DNA of 64,000 nucleotides from positions 1,312,001-1,376,000 of the forward strand of contig CAWEEQ010000004.1 of NCBI GenBank assembly GCA_963808235.1, written 5' to 3'. Origin of the DNA: an uncultured delta proteobacterium. GTDB taxonomy: Bacteria > Desulfobacterota > Binatia > Binatales > Binataceae. The translations under genes and the position numbers were made by a program. This document shows, piece after piece, positions 19,644 to 29,253 of the stretch (position 1 is the first letter of the stretch; each line of letters begins with the position of its first letter). The notes under the pieces are model-generated. The model had not been told where the DNA came from and did no database searches. It saw only the letters and a program-made list of their open reading frames with translations.

Positions 19644-21761
19644 ATGGCTGTGGAGGAAATCGGACGGCTTAGAACTATCGCAATCGTTGGCCAGGGCGGC
19701 ACCGGCAAGACGCAGCTCGCCGACGCGATGCTCTTCACGGCCGGCGCCACGACCCGGCTCGGCCGCCCCGACGACGGTTCGGCGGCGATGGACTTCGAGC
19801 CCGAAGAAAACAAGCATCACATTTCAATCAGCTCCGCGTTTCACCATCTCAACTGGAAAAAGACCGAAATAATCATTGCCGATACTCCCGGCTACACCGC
19901 GTTCCTGCCCGAAACGATCACAACTCTCCGTGCCGTTGACGGTGTGGTGATTCTGATAAGCCCGGGCTCCGACACCAAGATTGAATCAGAAAAAATCTGG
20001 GCCGCGACCGCCGAGCTGAAGCTGCCGCGAATCGCATTCGTGTCGAGGCTCGATCGCGAGCGCACGAGCTTCGAAAGTGCGATGAAGGATCTGGAAAAAG
20101 TGCTCGGCGCGCGCGCAGTCGCGCTGACGATCCCGGTCGGCGAAGAGCTCGGCTTCAAGGGAATCGTCGACGTGCTCGCGATGAAGGCGCTCAGCTACTC
20201 CGACACCAGCGGCAAGTTCAAGGAAGAAGAACTCACGCCCGAGCTGAAGACTCGCGCCGAAGCCGCGCGCAACGCGCTCATGGAAGCGGTTGCGGAGACT
20301 GACGACGCGCTGCTCGAGAAATACCTCGACAAAGGAACCCTCGACGATACCGAAGTGCTCGCCGCACTTCGCAGCGCCGTGATGGATCGCACCGTCACGC
20401 CGGTCTTCTGCGGGTCGGGCGCAAAGAATATCGGCATCGCGCCTCTGCTCGACGCGATCACCAACTTTTTGCCGGCGCCCAATCAGCGGCCTCCTGTCGA
20501 ATGCCAAAATCCGGTTACTGGCGAGCCGGCCAATCGTCCCGCCGATCCGGCCGCGCCATTCGCAGCCCTGGTGTTCAAGACGGTGATCGATCCGTTTGCG
20601 GGCAAGCTCTCGATCTTCCGCGTCATCTCGGGCAGCGCGCATAGCGACGGCGCCGTGCTCAACTCATCGCGCGAATCGAAAGAACGCTTCGGCCAGTTGC
20701 TGAGACTTGAGGGCAAGAAGCAGACTCCGCTCGCCATCGCGATCGCAGGCGAGATCGTCGCAGTCGCCAAGTTGAAGGACACCACCACTGGCGACACGCT
20801 GTCCGACGAGAAAGCGCCGGTGCTCGTGATGCCTCCGTTGACGCGGCCGGCCGGCGTCATCTCCTTCGCGATTCATCCCAAGACCAAGAGCGATGAGGAG
20901 AAGTCTTCCGCCGCTCTGCAGAAACTGATCGAAGAAGATCTCGCACTCGAGATGCATCGCGATCCGCAGACCCACGACATCATTTTGTCCGGCACCGGCC
21001 AGATGCATATCGAAATGACGGTCGAAAAGCTCCGCAGAAAATTTAATGTAGACGTTGAACTTCAGGCGCCCAAGGTTCCCTACAAGGAAACCATCAAGGG
21101 ACGCGCCGAATCGCAGGGCAAATACAAGCGCCAGTCGGGCGGCCGCGGCCAATACGGCGATTGTTGGCTCAAGGTCGAGCCGATGCCGCGCGGCAAAGGC
21201 TTCGAGTTCGTCGACGCGATCGTTGGCGGCGTCATCCCGCGCAACTTCATCCCGTCGGTTGAGAAGGGCGTCCGCAACACGCTGGTCGAAGGGCACCTGG
21301 CCGGCTATCCGCTCGTTGATATCAAGGTCACGGTTTTCGACGGTAGTTATCACAACGTCGATTCGTCGGACATGGCGTTCCAGATTGCGGCCTCGATGGG
21401 CTTCAAGGCGGCGCTCGAAAAGGCCCGGCCGATCATTCTCGAGCCGATCGTCGCGATCGAAGTTGCGTGCCCCGACGAATGCATGGGCGACGTAATCGGA
21501 GATCTCAATTCACGCCGCGGCAAAGTGCTCGGGATGGACAGCAAGGGCAGCGGCCAGGTGATCAAGGCTCAGGTGCCGATGTCGGAGGTGCTCAAGTATG
21601 CGCCGGATTTGCGCTCGATCACTTCGGGACGCGGCTCGTTCGAGCAACATTTCTCGCACTACGAGGAAGCGCCGGCGCCCGTCGCGGAAAAGATAATCAA
21701 GGAGACGCACGCCGCGCGCGAGGCCGCCGGCGCCAAGGCGGGCGCTCACGCGCACGCATAG
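19644..21761 (+). CDS. fusA: Elongation factor G paralogue (EF-G2 type)
   Basis: GQGGTGKT, DTPG, QSGGRGQYG, DGSYHNVDSS. Divergent switch I (HHISI) and G4 (SRLD). Located outside the str operon. Confidence 0.9.
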   Translation: MAVEEIGRLRTIAIVGQGGTGKTQLADAMLFTAGATTRLGRPDDGSAAMDFEPEENKHHISISSAFHHLNWKKTEIIIADTPGYTAFLPETITTLRAVDGVVILISPGSDTKIESEKIWAATAELKLPRIAFVSRLDRERTSFESAMKDLEKVLGARAVALTIPVGEELGFKGIVDVLAMKALSYSDTSGKFKEEELTPELKTRAEAARNALMEAVAETDDALLEKYLDKGTLDDTEVLAALRSAVMDRTVTPVFCGSGAKNIGIAPLLDAITNFLPAPNQRPPVECQNPVTGEPANRPADPAAPFAALVFKTVIDPFAGKLSIFRVISGSAHSDGAVLNSSRESKERFGQLLRLEGKKQTPLAIAIAGEIVAVAKLKDTTTGDTLSDEKAPVLVMPPLTRPAGVISFAIHPKTKSDEEKSSAALQKLIEEDLALEMHRDPQTHDIILSGTGQMHIEMTVEKLRRKFNVDVELQAPKVPYKETIKGRAESQGKYKRQSGGRGQYGDCWLKVEPMPRGKGFEFVDAIVGGVIPRNFIPSVEKGVRNTLVEGHLAGYPLVDIKVTVFDGSYHNVDSSDMAFQIAASMGFKAALEKARPIILEPIVAIEVACPDECMGDVIGDLNSRRGKVLGMDSKGSGQVIKAQVPMSEVLKYAPDLRSITSGRGSFEQHFSHYEEAPAPVAEKIIKETHAAREAAGAKAGAHAHA

Positions 21762-21787
21762 AATCGAAGATCGAGGCTGGGCAGCTG

Positions 21788-22300
21788 TTACTTGCGGCGT
21801 CGAAGCGCGTCCGACATGCCGTCATGCGGTCCCAGGCGCCGCTTGGGAATATCGTCCCACCATTCGCTCGGCGGCAGGTCGCCGCGGCGTTGCGGATGCA
21901 TCGGATAGAAAATCCGGTTGTCGGGCTTTGAAGCCTCTCCACCGACTAGCAACAGGGCCTCGTGCTCTGCGTTGTTTATGAAGCAATGGCAAATGCCGGT
22001 GCCCGCGGGAAGTGCCGCAAAGTCTCCGGCGCGCATCGCGTGAACATCGCCGTCGATCCACGCGTCCACCTCGCCCTCGAGAACGTAAACAAACTCTTCC
22101 TCTTTCTCCTCGGCGTGCGGCCAGGAGCTTCGCACTCCGGGCGGCAACCGCATCAGGTGGATGCCGATCTTCGCGAGCCCGGCAGCTTTGCCGATGCTCC
22201 TTTGATACCCCATGTATTCGTCGCTATTCGGATAATGATGCCGCGTCTCGACACACGACGCGGCGGCAATGATGAAGGGTGGTCGTTGGCTATTGCTCAT
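21788..22300 (-). CDS. Cupin domain protein
   Basis: SSWPHAE..EEEFVYVLEG and GICHCFIN cupin motifs. Confidence 0.88.
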   Translation of the reverse strand: MSNSQRPPFIIAAASCVETRHHYPNSDEYMGYQRSIGKAAGLAKIGIHLMRLPPGVRSSWPHAEEKEEEFVYVLEGEVDAWIDGDVHAMRAGDFAALPAGTGICHCFINNAEHEALLLVGGEASKPDNRIFYPMHPQRRGDLPPSEWWDDIPKRRLGPHDGMSDALRRRK

Positions 22301-22377
22301 GCCGTCCTGTAACACAAAGTGCCCCCGTATTGCTGCGAGGCGCCGTCTTGTACAATCGGCGCTGAGTCATTTCAGCG

Positions 22378-22590
22378 ATGGCGCCGTTAGGAAAATCTCT
22401 GGTCTTCGCCGGTGTCGGGATGGCGCTGGTCGGCCTCGCTATCTGGGGACTCTCGTCAGTTCCGTACGTCGGCCGCATCCTCGGCGATATCTACATCCGC
22501 CGCGGAAACTTCAGCGTCTACTTTCCGCTCGCGACCTGCATCCTAATCAGCGTCATCGCGACTATACTGTTCTCGCTGATGAGGCATTAA
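22378..22590 (+). CDS. DUF2905 family small membrane protein
   Basis: GRILGDIYIRRGNFSVYFPLATCILIS signature. Confidence 0.85.
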   Translation: MAPLGKSLVFAGVGMALVGLAIWGLSSVPYVGRILGDIYIRRGNFSVYFPLATCILISVIATILFSLMRH

Positions 22591-22593
22591 GGC

Positions 22594-24822
22594 TTGGCGG
22601 CGAATAAAACTGTCAGTCCGCGCCGGCTCGTGGAGCGCAAGCGACGCCGCCGCGAGTTGATCGCGGTTGGCGTGGCCGGCGCGACGCTCGTCGCATTCGT
22701 GCTCGCCCAGACCGAACTGCCGCCGCTCACGCGGCACACCTCGCTGGTCTCGAACCTCGCCGTCATCTCGCTCTTCAACCTGAGCTTCCTGCTGCTCGGC
22801 CTGATGCTGTTCCTGGTCGGGCGCAATCTCGCCAAAGTTATTTTCGAGCGCCGCCGCGGACTGATCGGCTCGAAGTTCCAGGTCAAGCTGGTGGCTGGAT
22901 TTATCGCCGTTGCGCTGATTCCAAGCGCCTTCCTCCTGTATGTCTCCGGCGTGTTTCTGCACGAACAAATCAATAGCTGGTTCAACCCCGAATACGAGCA
23001 GATCCTCGACGACTCGCTCGAGATCGCCAAAACCTACTATTTGAACTCGGCCAACAACGCGTCCCATTTCGCGCGCGAGCTGGCCGAGCAAATCTCCGCA
23101 CTGGGATTGCTCGCGCCGAATAAGCGCGACGATTTGAAAAAGTTCATCGCCCGGCGTCAGCAGGAATACAATCTCGGCACCATCGAGGTTTTCTCCGCCG
23201 ACCGCAAACTCCTGCTCCTCGACATCAGTCCCAAGACTCCGACCGGCATCGGCGCTTCGCCCGATTCTCCGATTATCTCACAGACTCTGAAGGGAGAGGC
23301 TCTCACTCGCACCGATCGGCTCGGCAACGCCGACGTGGTGCGCGGCTCCGCGCCGATTTACGTTTCCGCCGAGACCGACAACGTTCTTGGTGCGGTCCTG
23401 GTCGACTATTACTTGCCGAAGAGCCTGGCCACGCGTGCGACCGATATCTCGCGGGTGTCGGAAGATTATTTCCAGCTCCGGATTCTTCGCCAGCCACTCA
23501 TGAACAGCTATCTGCTGACGCTGGTCTTGATCGGACTGGTTGTGGTGACGCTCGCGAGCTGGTTCGGGATATTTTTGTCACGCGGAATCACCGGCCCGAT
23601 CAAGCTGCTTGCCCGCGGAACGCAGGCAGTTGCCGGCGGCGATCTGAACTTCCGCATTCCTGCCGTCGGCGACGACGAGATCGGCCAACTGGTCGATTCC
23701 TTCAACCAGATGACCGCCGACCTGCGCAGCTCCGGCGCCGAACTCGAGCGCCGCCGCCAGTACACAGAGACGCTGCTCCGCAACGTGTCCGCCGGTGTCG
23801 TCGGTCTTGACCATGAAGGCGTTGTCACGACGATCAATCCATGCGCCGAGCGCCTGCTCGGCCTCGACAGTGCCAGCGTGATCGGTCGCAACTACCAGGG
23901 TGCTTTTCCGCCCTCGCTCGCGCGCTCGCTGGACGACGTATTTGCGACCGCGATGCGGCCGCGCGAGGCGCGCTCGACCGTCAAGCTCGAGGTCTCGGGC
24001 ACCGAGATGGAACTAATGATGACCGCGAGCCCGCTCGGCGACACTCCGAACGCGCCCGCTGGAACAGTGCTTTTCTTCGAGGACGTGAGCCAGATCGCGA
24101 AGGTCGAGCGGATGGAAGCGTGGCGCGAAGTCGCGCGCCGAATCGCGCACGAAATCAAAAATCCATTGACGCCGATCCAGCTTTCCGCCGAGCGCCTTCG
24201 CCGCCAGCTAGGCTCGCGCGCTGGCGCCGAATCGGCGCTGGTCGAGGAATGCACCCGCGTCATCATTGGCGAGGTCGAGGACCTGAAGCGGCTCGTCAAC
24301 GAATTTTCCGCGTTCGCACGGATGCCGCATCTGAACCTGATTCCCGGCGATATCAACCTGCTCGCGAGCGAGACCGCCGCCAATTTCCGCGAAGCCAACC
24401 CCAACGTGGATTTCGCGCTTACGCTCGATGCGTCAGTGCCCCCGATTCTGATCGATCGCGAAGCCCTGAAGCGCGCGCTGGTCAACCTGCTCGACAACGC
24501 CGTCGCCGCGGTGAGCGCCGTCAATCATAACGGCGACCGCCCGCGAATCGAGGTTCTAAGCCGCCGCCGCGCCGACAATTCCATCGTCACTGTCGAAGTC
24601 GCCGACAACGGGCCCGGAATCGATCCGCGCCTGCGCACCCGCATCTTCGAGCCCTACTATTCGAGCAAGAAGGGTGGCACCGGACTCGGCCTCGCAATCG
24701 TGTCGGCGGTGGTCTCGGACCATCACGGCTTCGTTCGTGTGATCGATAACCAGCCGCATGGAAGTAGATTTGTACTGGAGTTTCCCGTACAATCCGCACA
24801 ATTCGTAAAGGCAACTGCCTGA
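22594..24822 (+). CDS. NtrY-like sensor histidine kinase (TM-periplasmic-HAMP-PAS-HisKA-HATPase)
   Basis: WREVARRIAHEIKNPLTPIQLSAE H-box typical of NtrY; NLLDNA, DNGPG, GTGLGL. Confidence 0.93.
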   Translation: MAANKTVSPRRLVERKRRRRELIAVGVAGATLVAFVLAQTELPPLTRHTSLVSNLAVISLFNLSFLLLGLMLFLVGRNLAKVIFERRRGLIGSKFQVKLVAGFIAVALIPSAFLLYVSGVFLHEQINSWFNPEYEQILDDSLEIAKTYYLNSANNASHFARELAEQISALGLLAPNKRDDLKKFIARRQQEYNLGTIEVFSADRKLLLLDISPKTPTGIGASPDSPIISQTLKGEALTRTDRLGNADVVRGSAPIYVSAETDNVLGAVLVDYYLPKSLATRATDISRVSEDYFQLRILRQPLMNSYLLTLVLIGLVVVTLASWFGIFLSRGITGPIKLLARGTQAVAGGDLNFRIPAVGDDEIGQLVDSFNQMTADLRSSGAELERRRQYTETLLRNVSAGVVGLDHEGVVTTINPCAERLLGLDSASVIGRNYQGAFPPSLARSLDDVFATAMRPREARSTVKLEVSGTEMELMMTASPLGDTPNAPAGTVLFFEDVSQIAKVERMEAWREVARRIAHEIKNPLTPIQLSAERLRRQLGSRAGAESALVEECTRVIIGEVEDLKRLVNEFSAFARMPHLNLIPGDINLLASETAANFREANPNVDFALTLDASVPPILIDREALKRALVNLLDNAVAAVSAVNHNGDRPRIEVLSRRRADNSIVTVEVADNGPGIDPRLRTRIFEPYYSSKKGGTGLGLAIVSAVVSDHHGFVRVIDNQPHGSRFVLEFPVQSAQFVKATA

Positions 24823-24867
24823 TGCTTTCCTTGCCGCGCGACGCGCGATTTCCCGGAGAAATTTGAA

Positions 24868-26145
24868 GTGAATGAGACCGTTTTGGTGGTGGATGATGAG
24901 GAGCGGATTCGGTCGTCAATTCGTGGAATCTTAAGCGACGAAGGCTTTCGCGTCGTCGATACCGGCAACGCGCCGACCGTGATGGACCTTATCGCGCGAG
25001 AGAATCCGGCCATCGTCCTGCTCGACGTATGGATGCCGGACATGGACGGCATCGAGCTGCTCCGCCGGATCAAAGCCGAGCAGCCACGCGTCCCGGTGAT
25101 CATGATCTCGGGCCACGCCAACATTCAGAACGCGGTCGCCGCCACCAAGCTCGGCGCCGCCGACTTTATCCAGAAACCATTTTCCGTCAGCGGATTGCTC
25201 GCGTCGATTGCTCGCGCGCTCGAAGGCGATTCCACCGGCCCCGACTCGTCGGACGCGGGCGGACGTAAGCTCGCGACCGGCGCGACCGCACGCAATGCGT
25301 TAGGCGCCGGCGCGATTCCTCAGCGCACCATCGCGCGTTCGATCGTGATGGGCGGGCAGGGGCTTCATTCCGGCCTCAAGACCGGCGTCATACTGCATCC
25401 GGCCCCGGCCGGATCCGGAATCGCGTTCTCGTCGCTTGCTGACGAAACTACGATCGCGGTGCGATTCGAGAACGTCAGCGACACCGGCTACAACACCACG
25501 CTCACCAGCGGCGGGCGCTCGGTCCGGACCGTGGAACATCTTCTTTCCGCTCTTCACGCATTCGGGATCACCAATCTACTGGTCAAGACCGACGACGAAG
25601 TCCCGGCGCTCGACGGCTCGGCGCTCGAGTTCTGCAAACAGATCGGCGAGGCTGGACTCACCGACCAGGAAACGACTGTGGTGCCGATTACGATCCAAAA
25701 GAAGATCGTCATCGGTTCGGAAGGCATTGGCCGCGAGTTCATCAGGGCCGAGCCCGCCGACCATCTGATCATCGACTACACTCTCGACTATCCGAATCCG
25801 ATCGGCGTGCAGCAGGTGCATTTCGAGCTGACTTCTGTCGATGCCTACGCGCGCGAGATTGCACCCGCACGCACCTTCAGCCTGGTGCGCGAGTTCCGCA
25901 AGCTCACCGAGATGGGCCTCGGGAACGGCGGCCGCCTCGACAATTTGATCCTGGTTGACGATGAAAAAGTCGTGAACACCGCGCTCCGCTTCCCCGACGA
26001 ATTCGCGCGTCACAAGATTCTCGATTTGATCGGCGATCTCTACCTGCTCGGCCGCCCGCTCCATGCTCACGTCACGGCATCGAAGACCGGCCACTCCGAC
26101 AACCTCGCACTAGTAAAAGCAATCCGCACCTCGCTGGGCAGCTGA
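24868..26145 (+). CDS. lpxC: Receiver domain fused to UDP-3-O-acyl-GlcNAc deacetylase (REC-LpxC)
   Basis: aa 1-118 REC (D9, D10, D53, S81, K103). From aa 152 LpxC: QRTI, GLHSG, TVEHLLSAL, DGSA, ARTF, RHKILDLIGDL, GH. Confidence 0.93.
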   Translation: MNETVLVVDDEERIRSSIRGILSDEGFRVVDTGNAPTVMDLIARENPAIVLLDVWMPDMDGIELLRRIKAEQPRVPVIMISGHANIQNAVAATKLGAADFIQKPFSVSGLLASIARALEGDSTGPDSSDAGGRKLATGATARNALGAGAIPQRTIARSIVMGGQGLHSGLKTGVILHPAPAGSGIAFSSLADETTIAVRFENVSDTGYNTTLTSGGRSVRTVEHLLSALHAFGITNLLVKTDDEVPALDGSALEFCKQIGEAGLTDQETTVVPITIQKKIVIGSEGIGREFIRAEPADHLIIDYTLDYPNPIGVQQVHFELTSVDAYAREIAPARTFSLVREFRKLTEMGLGNGGRLDNLILVDDEKVVNTALRFPDEFARHKILDLIGDLYLLGRPLHAHVTASKTGHSDNLALVKAIRTSLGS

Positions 26146-26148
26146 CCC

Positions 26149-26246
26149 GCGCGCAAACAGCCGCATGCGATCCCGGATCGCCATGAACCCCAACGCGATT
26201 GTTCCCCTTCCCTCGAGTGAAGGGGTTAGGGATTAGGTTTGCTCGC
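26149..26246. repeat. REP/MITE-like structured intergenic element
   Basis: Terminal inverted repeats GCGCGCAAAC / GTTTGCTCGC enclose the palindrome GCGATCC-c-GGATCGC and the hairpin CCCCTTC..GAAGGGG. Confidence 0.55.
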
Positions 26247-26270
26247 GCTGGTGCCCCTGCAAACCTCAAC

Positions 26271-27002
26271 ATGGATCTCAAAGGAAAAGTCGCGATAGTC
26301 ACCGGCGCAAGCCGCAGAATCGGCCGCGCAATCGCACTAGAAGTAGCCGCGCACGGCGCAGCGATCGCAGTCCACTACCGATCCTCGCACGCCGAGGCGG
26401 ACGCAGTCGTCGCCGAGATCGCGCGCAAACGCGGCAAGGCGCATGCATTCCACGCCAATCTCCAAAATGTTTCCGAGATCGAGAAGATGGTCACCGACGT
26501 GCTCGCATCGTTCGGCCGAATCGACGTGCTCGTCAACTCGGCCTCGGTCTTCACGCGCAAGCCGCTCGAGGAAATCACTGAGCGCGATTGGGACTCGAAC
26601 CTCGACACCAACTTGAAGGCGCCATTCTTTCTATCCAAGTTCGCGGGCGCCGCGATGCGTAAGCAAGGCGCAGGCAAAATCGTCAACATCGGCGATTGGG
26701 CCGGCATCCGCCCGTACAAGGACTACTTGCCGTACAGCGTCTCCAAAAATGGGTTGATAGGCCTCACCCAGGCGATGGCCAAGGCGCTCGCACCCCAAGT
26801 TCAAGTCAACTGCATCGCGCTCGGCCTCGTGATGCCGCCCGAGGAGTACAGCAAAGACGAAGTCGCGCGCCTGGTAAGTCGCACCTTGACCAAAAAAATG
26901 GGCTCGCCGGAGGACGTCGCGCGCGCTGTGATCTTTTTCTGCGAGACCGACTTTGCGACCGGCGCCACCCTGGCCCTCGAAGGCGGCCGCCTCCTCAGTT
27001 AG
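26271..27002 (+). CDS. Short-chain dehydrogenase/reductase, pteridine reductase/FolM-like
   Basis: TGASRRIG, VNSAS, YSVSK. Confidence 0.88.
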   Translation: MDLKGKVAIVTGASRRIGRAIALEVAAHGAAIAVHYRSSHAEADAVVAEIARKRGKAHAFHANLQNVSEIEKMVTDVLASFGRIDVLVNSASVFTRKPLEEITERDWDSNLDTNLKAPFFLSKFAGAAMRKQGAGKIVNIGDWAGIRPYKDYLPYSVSKNGLIGLTQAMAKALAPQVQVNCIALGLVMPPEEYSKDEVARLVSRTLTKKMGSPEDVARAVIFFCETDFATGATLALEGGRLLS

Positions 27003-27868
27003 CCCAGATCGCGGAGAATCTCTCTAGCGGTGGACATCCAGTAGGCGGTCCATGCCGGAGGGTGATGACGAATCGACCAATCCACCTGCCGGACGATCAT
27101 GTGCGCCAAATAGACCGTGAGCGCGTCATGTCCCGAGTGATCGATCACCTCGCGCCAAAGCGGATCTCGCACTTCTCGATTGCCGTACGAATAGAAAAGA
27201 AAAGTTGCCAGATCGAAGCCCCGATCGCCGGCACATACGCCGTCCCAATCGATCACGCCCGTGACATATTCTCCATCATTGAGCACGTTGCCCGGATTGA
27301 AATCCCAATGAACGATGTCGCCGGTGATGAATATCCCGTTCGCGTGGCGGACGACCAATTCCTGAACTGTCTCGAGCAGCGCCGCGCTCTCCGCGGAGTA
27401 GTCGCGCAGCGTGTCGATGACGCAGTACCGCTCGAAGCCTTTCAGCACACCGTCGATCACTCGGCCCGGCCACTCCGGCGGCAGGTCGCCGGCGAGCCCG
27501 GCCTGAATACGATTGATCGCGATCAATTCGCGAACCATCGAGGGTGTGATCGTCTGGCTCGGGCGCCCCGGCATCATCGCCTGAATCGAGTACTTAGTGC
27601 CGGCATCGTCGCCGACGCATACATACAAGGGAGCTGGATATCCGGCTTCTCGCAGGCGTTTCGTGCTCTGTTGAGCTTCTTCCGAGCGGGTTTCCGTGCC
27701 GTACCCGAACTTCAGAACAAATCGTTCGCCGACCCCGTCGGTGAGGATATAAGCGGCGTGGCTCTCTCCCATTTCGATGCGATCGCGCAGAGTAAACGCG
27801 GTACGATGGCGCGAATTTATCTCCGCGACGAGTGCGTCGACGTCAACTGGATTTCCATCCGAGGGCAT
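26999..27868 (-). CDS. Aminoglycoside phosphotransferase / choline kinase-like protein
   Basis: VLK, HWDFNPGNVL, VIDWD. Substrate unknown. Confidence 0.82.
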   Translation of the reverse strand: MPSDGNPVDVDALVAEINSRHRTAFTLRDRIEMGESHAAYILTDGVGERFVLKFGYGTETRSEEAQQSTKRLREAGYPAPLYVCVGDDAGTKYSIQAMMPGRPSQTITPSMVRELIAINRIQAGLAGDLPPEWPGRVIDGVLKGFERYCVIDTLRDYSAESAALLETVQELVVRHANGIFITGDIVHWDFNPGNVLNDGEYVTGVIDWDGVCAGDRGFDLATFLFYSYGNREVRDPLWREVIDHSGHDALTVYLAHMIVRQVDWSIRHHPPAWTAYWMSTAREILRDLG

Positions 27869-27889
27869 CTATTCAGACTCTATTCCTGA

Positions 27890-28951
27890 CTACGGAGCAG
27901 GGGGCGGCGGCTCTTCTTTCGGAGGATTTTTGAATTCGATCTTCGCAGTCTTGGCGAGCTTTTTCAGAAGCGCCTTCACGACTTCGTTCTGATTGTAGTC
28001 AAGCAGGACCATCGCGACTTTGGCCTTCACTTCAGGGAGCGGCGAGATCGATTCGCCGCGCCGCGCCACCACCTTGATAAAGCTGAAGCCGAGATTCGAC
28101 TGCACGATTTGCGTTGTTTGTCCGACCGGCGTCGCGAACACCATCTTGTCCACGACCGGCGGGAGCTGCCCGGGCCGGAAGTAACCGAGGTCTCCGCCTT
28201 TCGCGGCCGACTGCGTGTCCTCTGAATTCTTTTGCGCAAGCGCCGCGAAGTCTTTGCTCTTCTGCGCTTCTTTGTAGAGCTTCAGGATCTTATCCTCGGC
28301 CGCTTTCTTCTGCGCGTCGGTTGCCTTGGGTGGAATCTTCACCGCGATATGCGCGATTTGCACCTCGCCCGGATCCTTCACGAACAAGTCGTGATGCTCC
28401 TCGTAGTATTGCTTGATTTGCGCGTCGGTCGGCTGCACATGATGCGCCCGGAATTCGTCGTCGAGCATTTTTTCGATCAACATCGATCCGCGCACCGCGT
28501 TCATCAGTTGCGCGTCGGGAGCACCGCCGGTGTTGACCGCCGCGCCGCTCGCGCCGGCGACCTGGAACTCGCGCGCGCGCTGCGCCACTTCGCCGTCGGA
28601 CACCGTGATCTTGCGCCGCGCCGCCTCCTGCAAAAGAAGACGCCGGCCAACCAGGTTTTCCGCCGCGTCGCGAAAGACCGCCTTGGTTTCCTCGGTGCTG
28701 GTGGCGTTGAGCATCTTCTCCTCGGTCTTCGCATAGTCGGAGACTTCCGCCGCCGTTATCGGCGCGCCGTTAACCGTGACTACGACCGGATCTTTTGGAT
28801 CGGGCTTGACGAGCGGAATTATGCCCAGGAAGCGCTGTTCCCAACTGAGACCCGATTGCCCCAGCTGAGCGCGGATCGGCGGGACGCTTGCAACCGCAAT
28901 GGCAAACGCCACAATCAGAACTGCGAGCGATCTTCGGCAAATGCCCATCAA
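27890..28951 (-). CDS. SurA/PrsA-like PpiC-type peptidylprolyl isomerase
   Basis: Signal peptide, VTVNG, AHI, FAALAQKNSED, GGDLGYF. Confidence 0.9.
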   Translation of the reverse strand: MMGICRRSLAVLIVAFAIAVASVPPIRAQLGQSGLSWEQRFLGIIPLVKPDPKDPVVVTVNGAPITAAEVSDYAKTEEKMLNATSTEETKAVFRDAAENLVGRRLLLQEAARRKITVSDGEVAQRAREFQVAGASGAAVNTGGAPDAQLMNAVRGSMLIEKMLDDEFRAHHVQPTDAQIKQYYEEHHDLFVKDPGEVQIAHIAVKIPPKATDAQKKAAEDKILKLYKEAQKSKDFAALAQKNSEDTQSAAKGGDLGYFRPGQLPPVVDKMVFATPVGQTTQIVQSNLGFSFIKVVARRGESISPLPEVKAKVAMVLLDYNQNEVVKALLKKLAKTAKIEFKNPPKEEPPPPAP

Positions 28952-29067
28952 TTCAAAACTCCCAATGCCGCGATGCGATGAACTCGTATACTCACCCGCG
29001 TCCGCGCGTCAAGACACTGTTTCGGCTGCGCCGCGCATTGCGCTCGAACCTGCGTGAGCGATCCCCG

Positions 29068-29253
29068 ATGGCCCAACTGCGCACCGTAAGCATCGTCTTC
29101 GCAGCCATCGCGAGCGTCTTTGCGCTGGTCTCAGGAGTCATCTTATTTTTTGTGATCGAGCCGCCGTTTCTCGCGTCGATTTTTCTGGCCTCGGCGCTGA
29201 TCTCGATCGCGTGCTTCGTGCTCGCCGGCCTCGCATCCTACTTTGGCCCATGA
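29068..29253 (+). CDS. Small two-TM hypothetical protein
   Basis: MAQLRTVSIVFAAIASVFALVSGVILFF...; two hydrophobic helices. Confidence 0.45.
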   Translation: MAQLRTVSIVFAAIASVFALVSGVILFFVIEPPFLASIFLASALISIACFVLAGLASYFGP

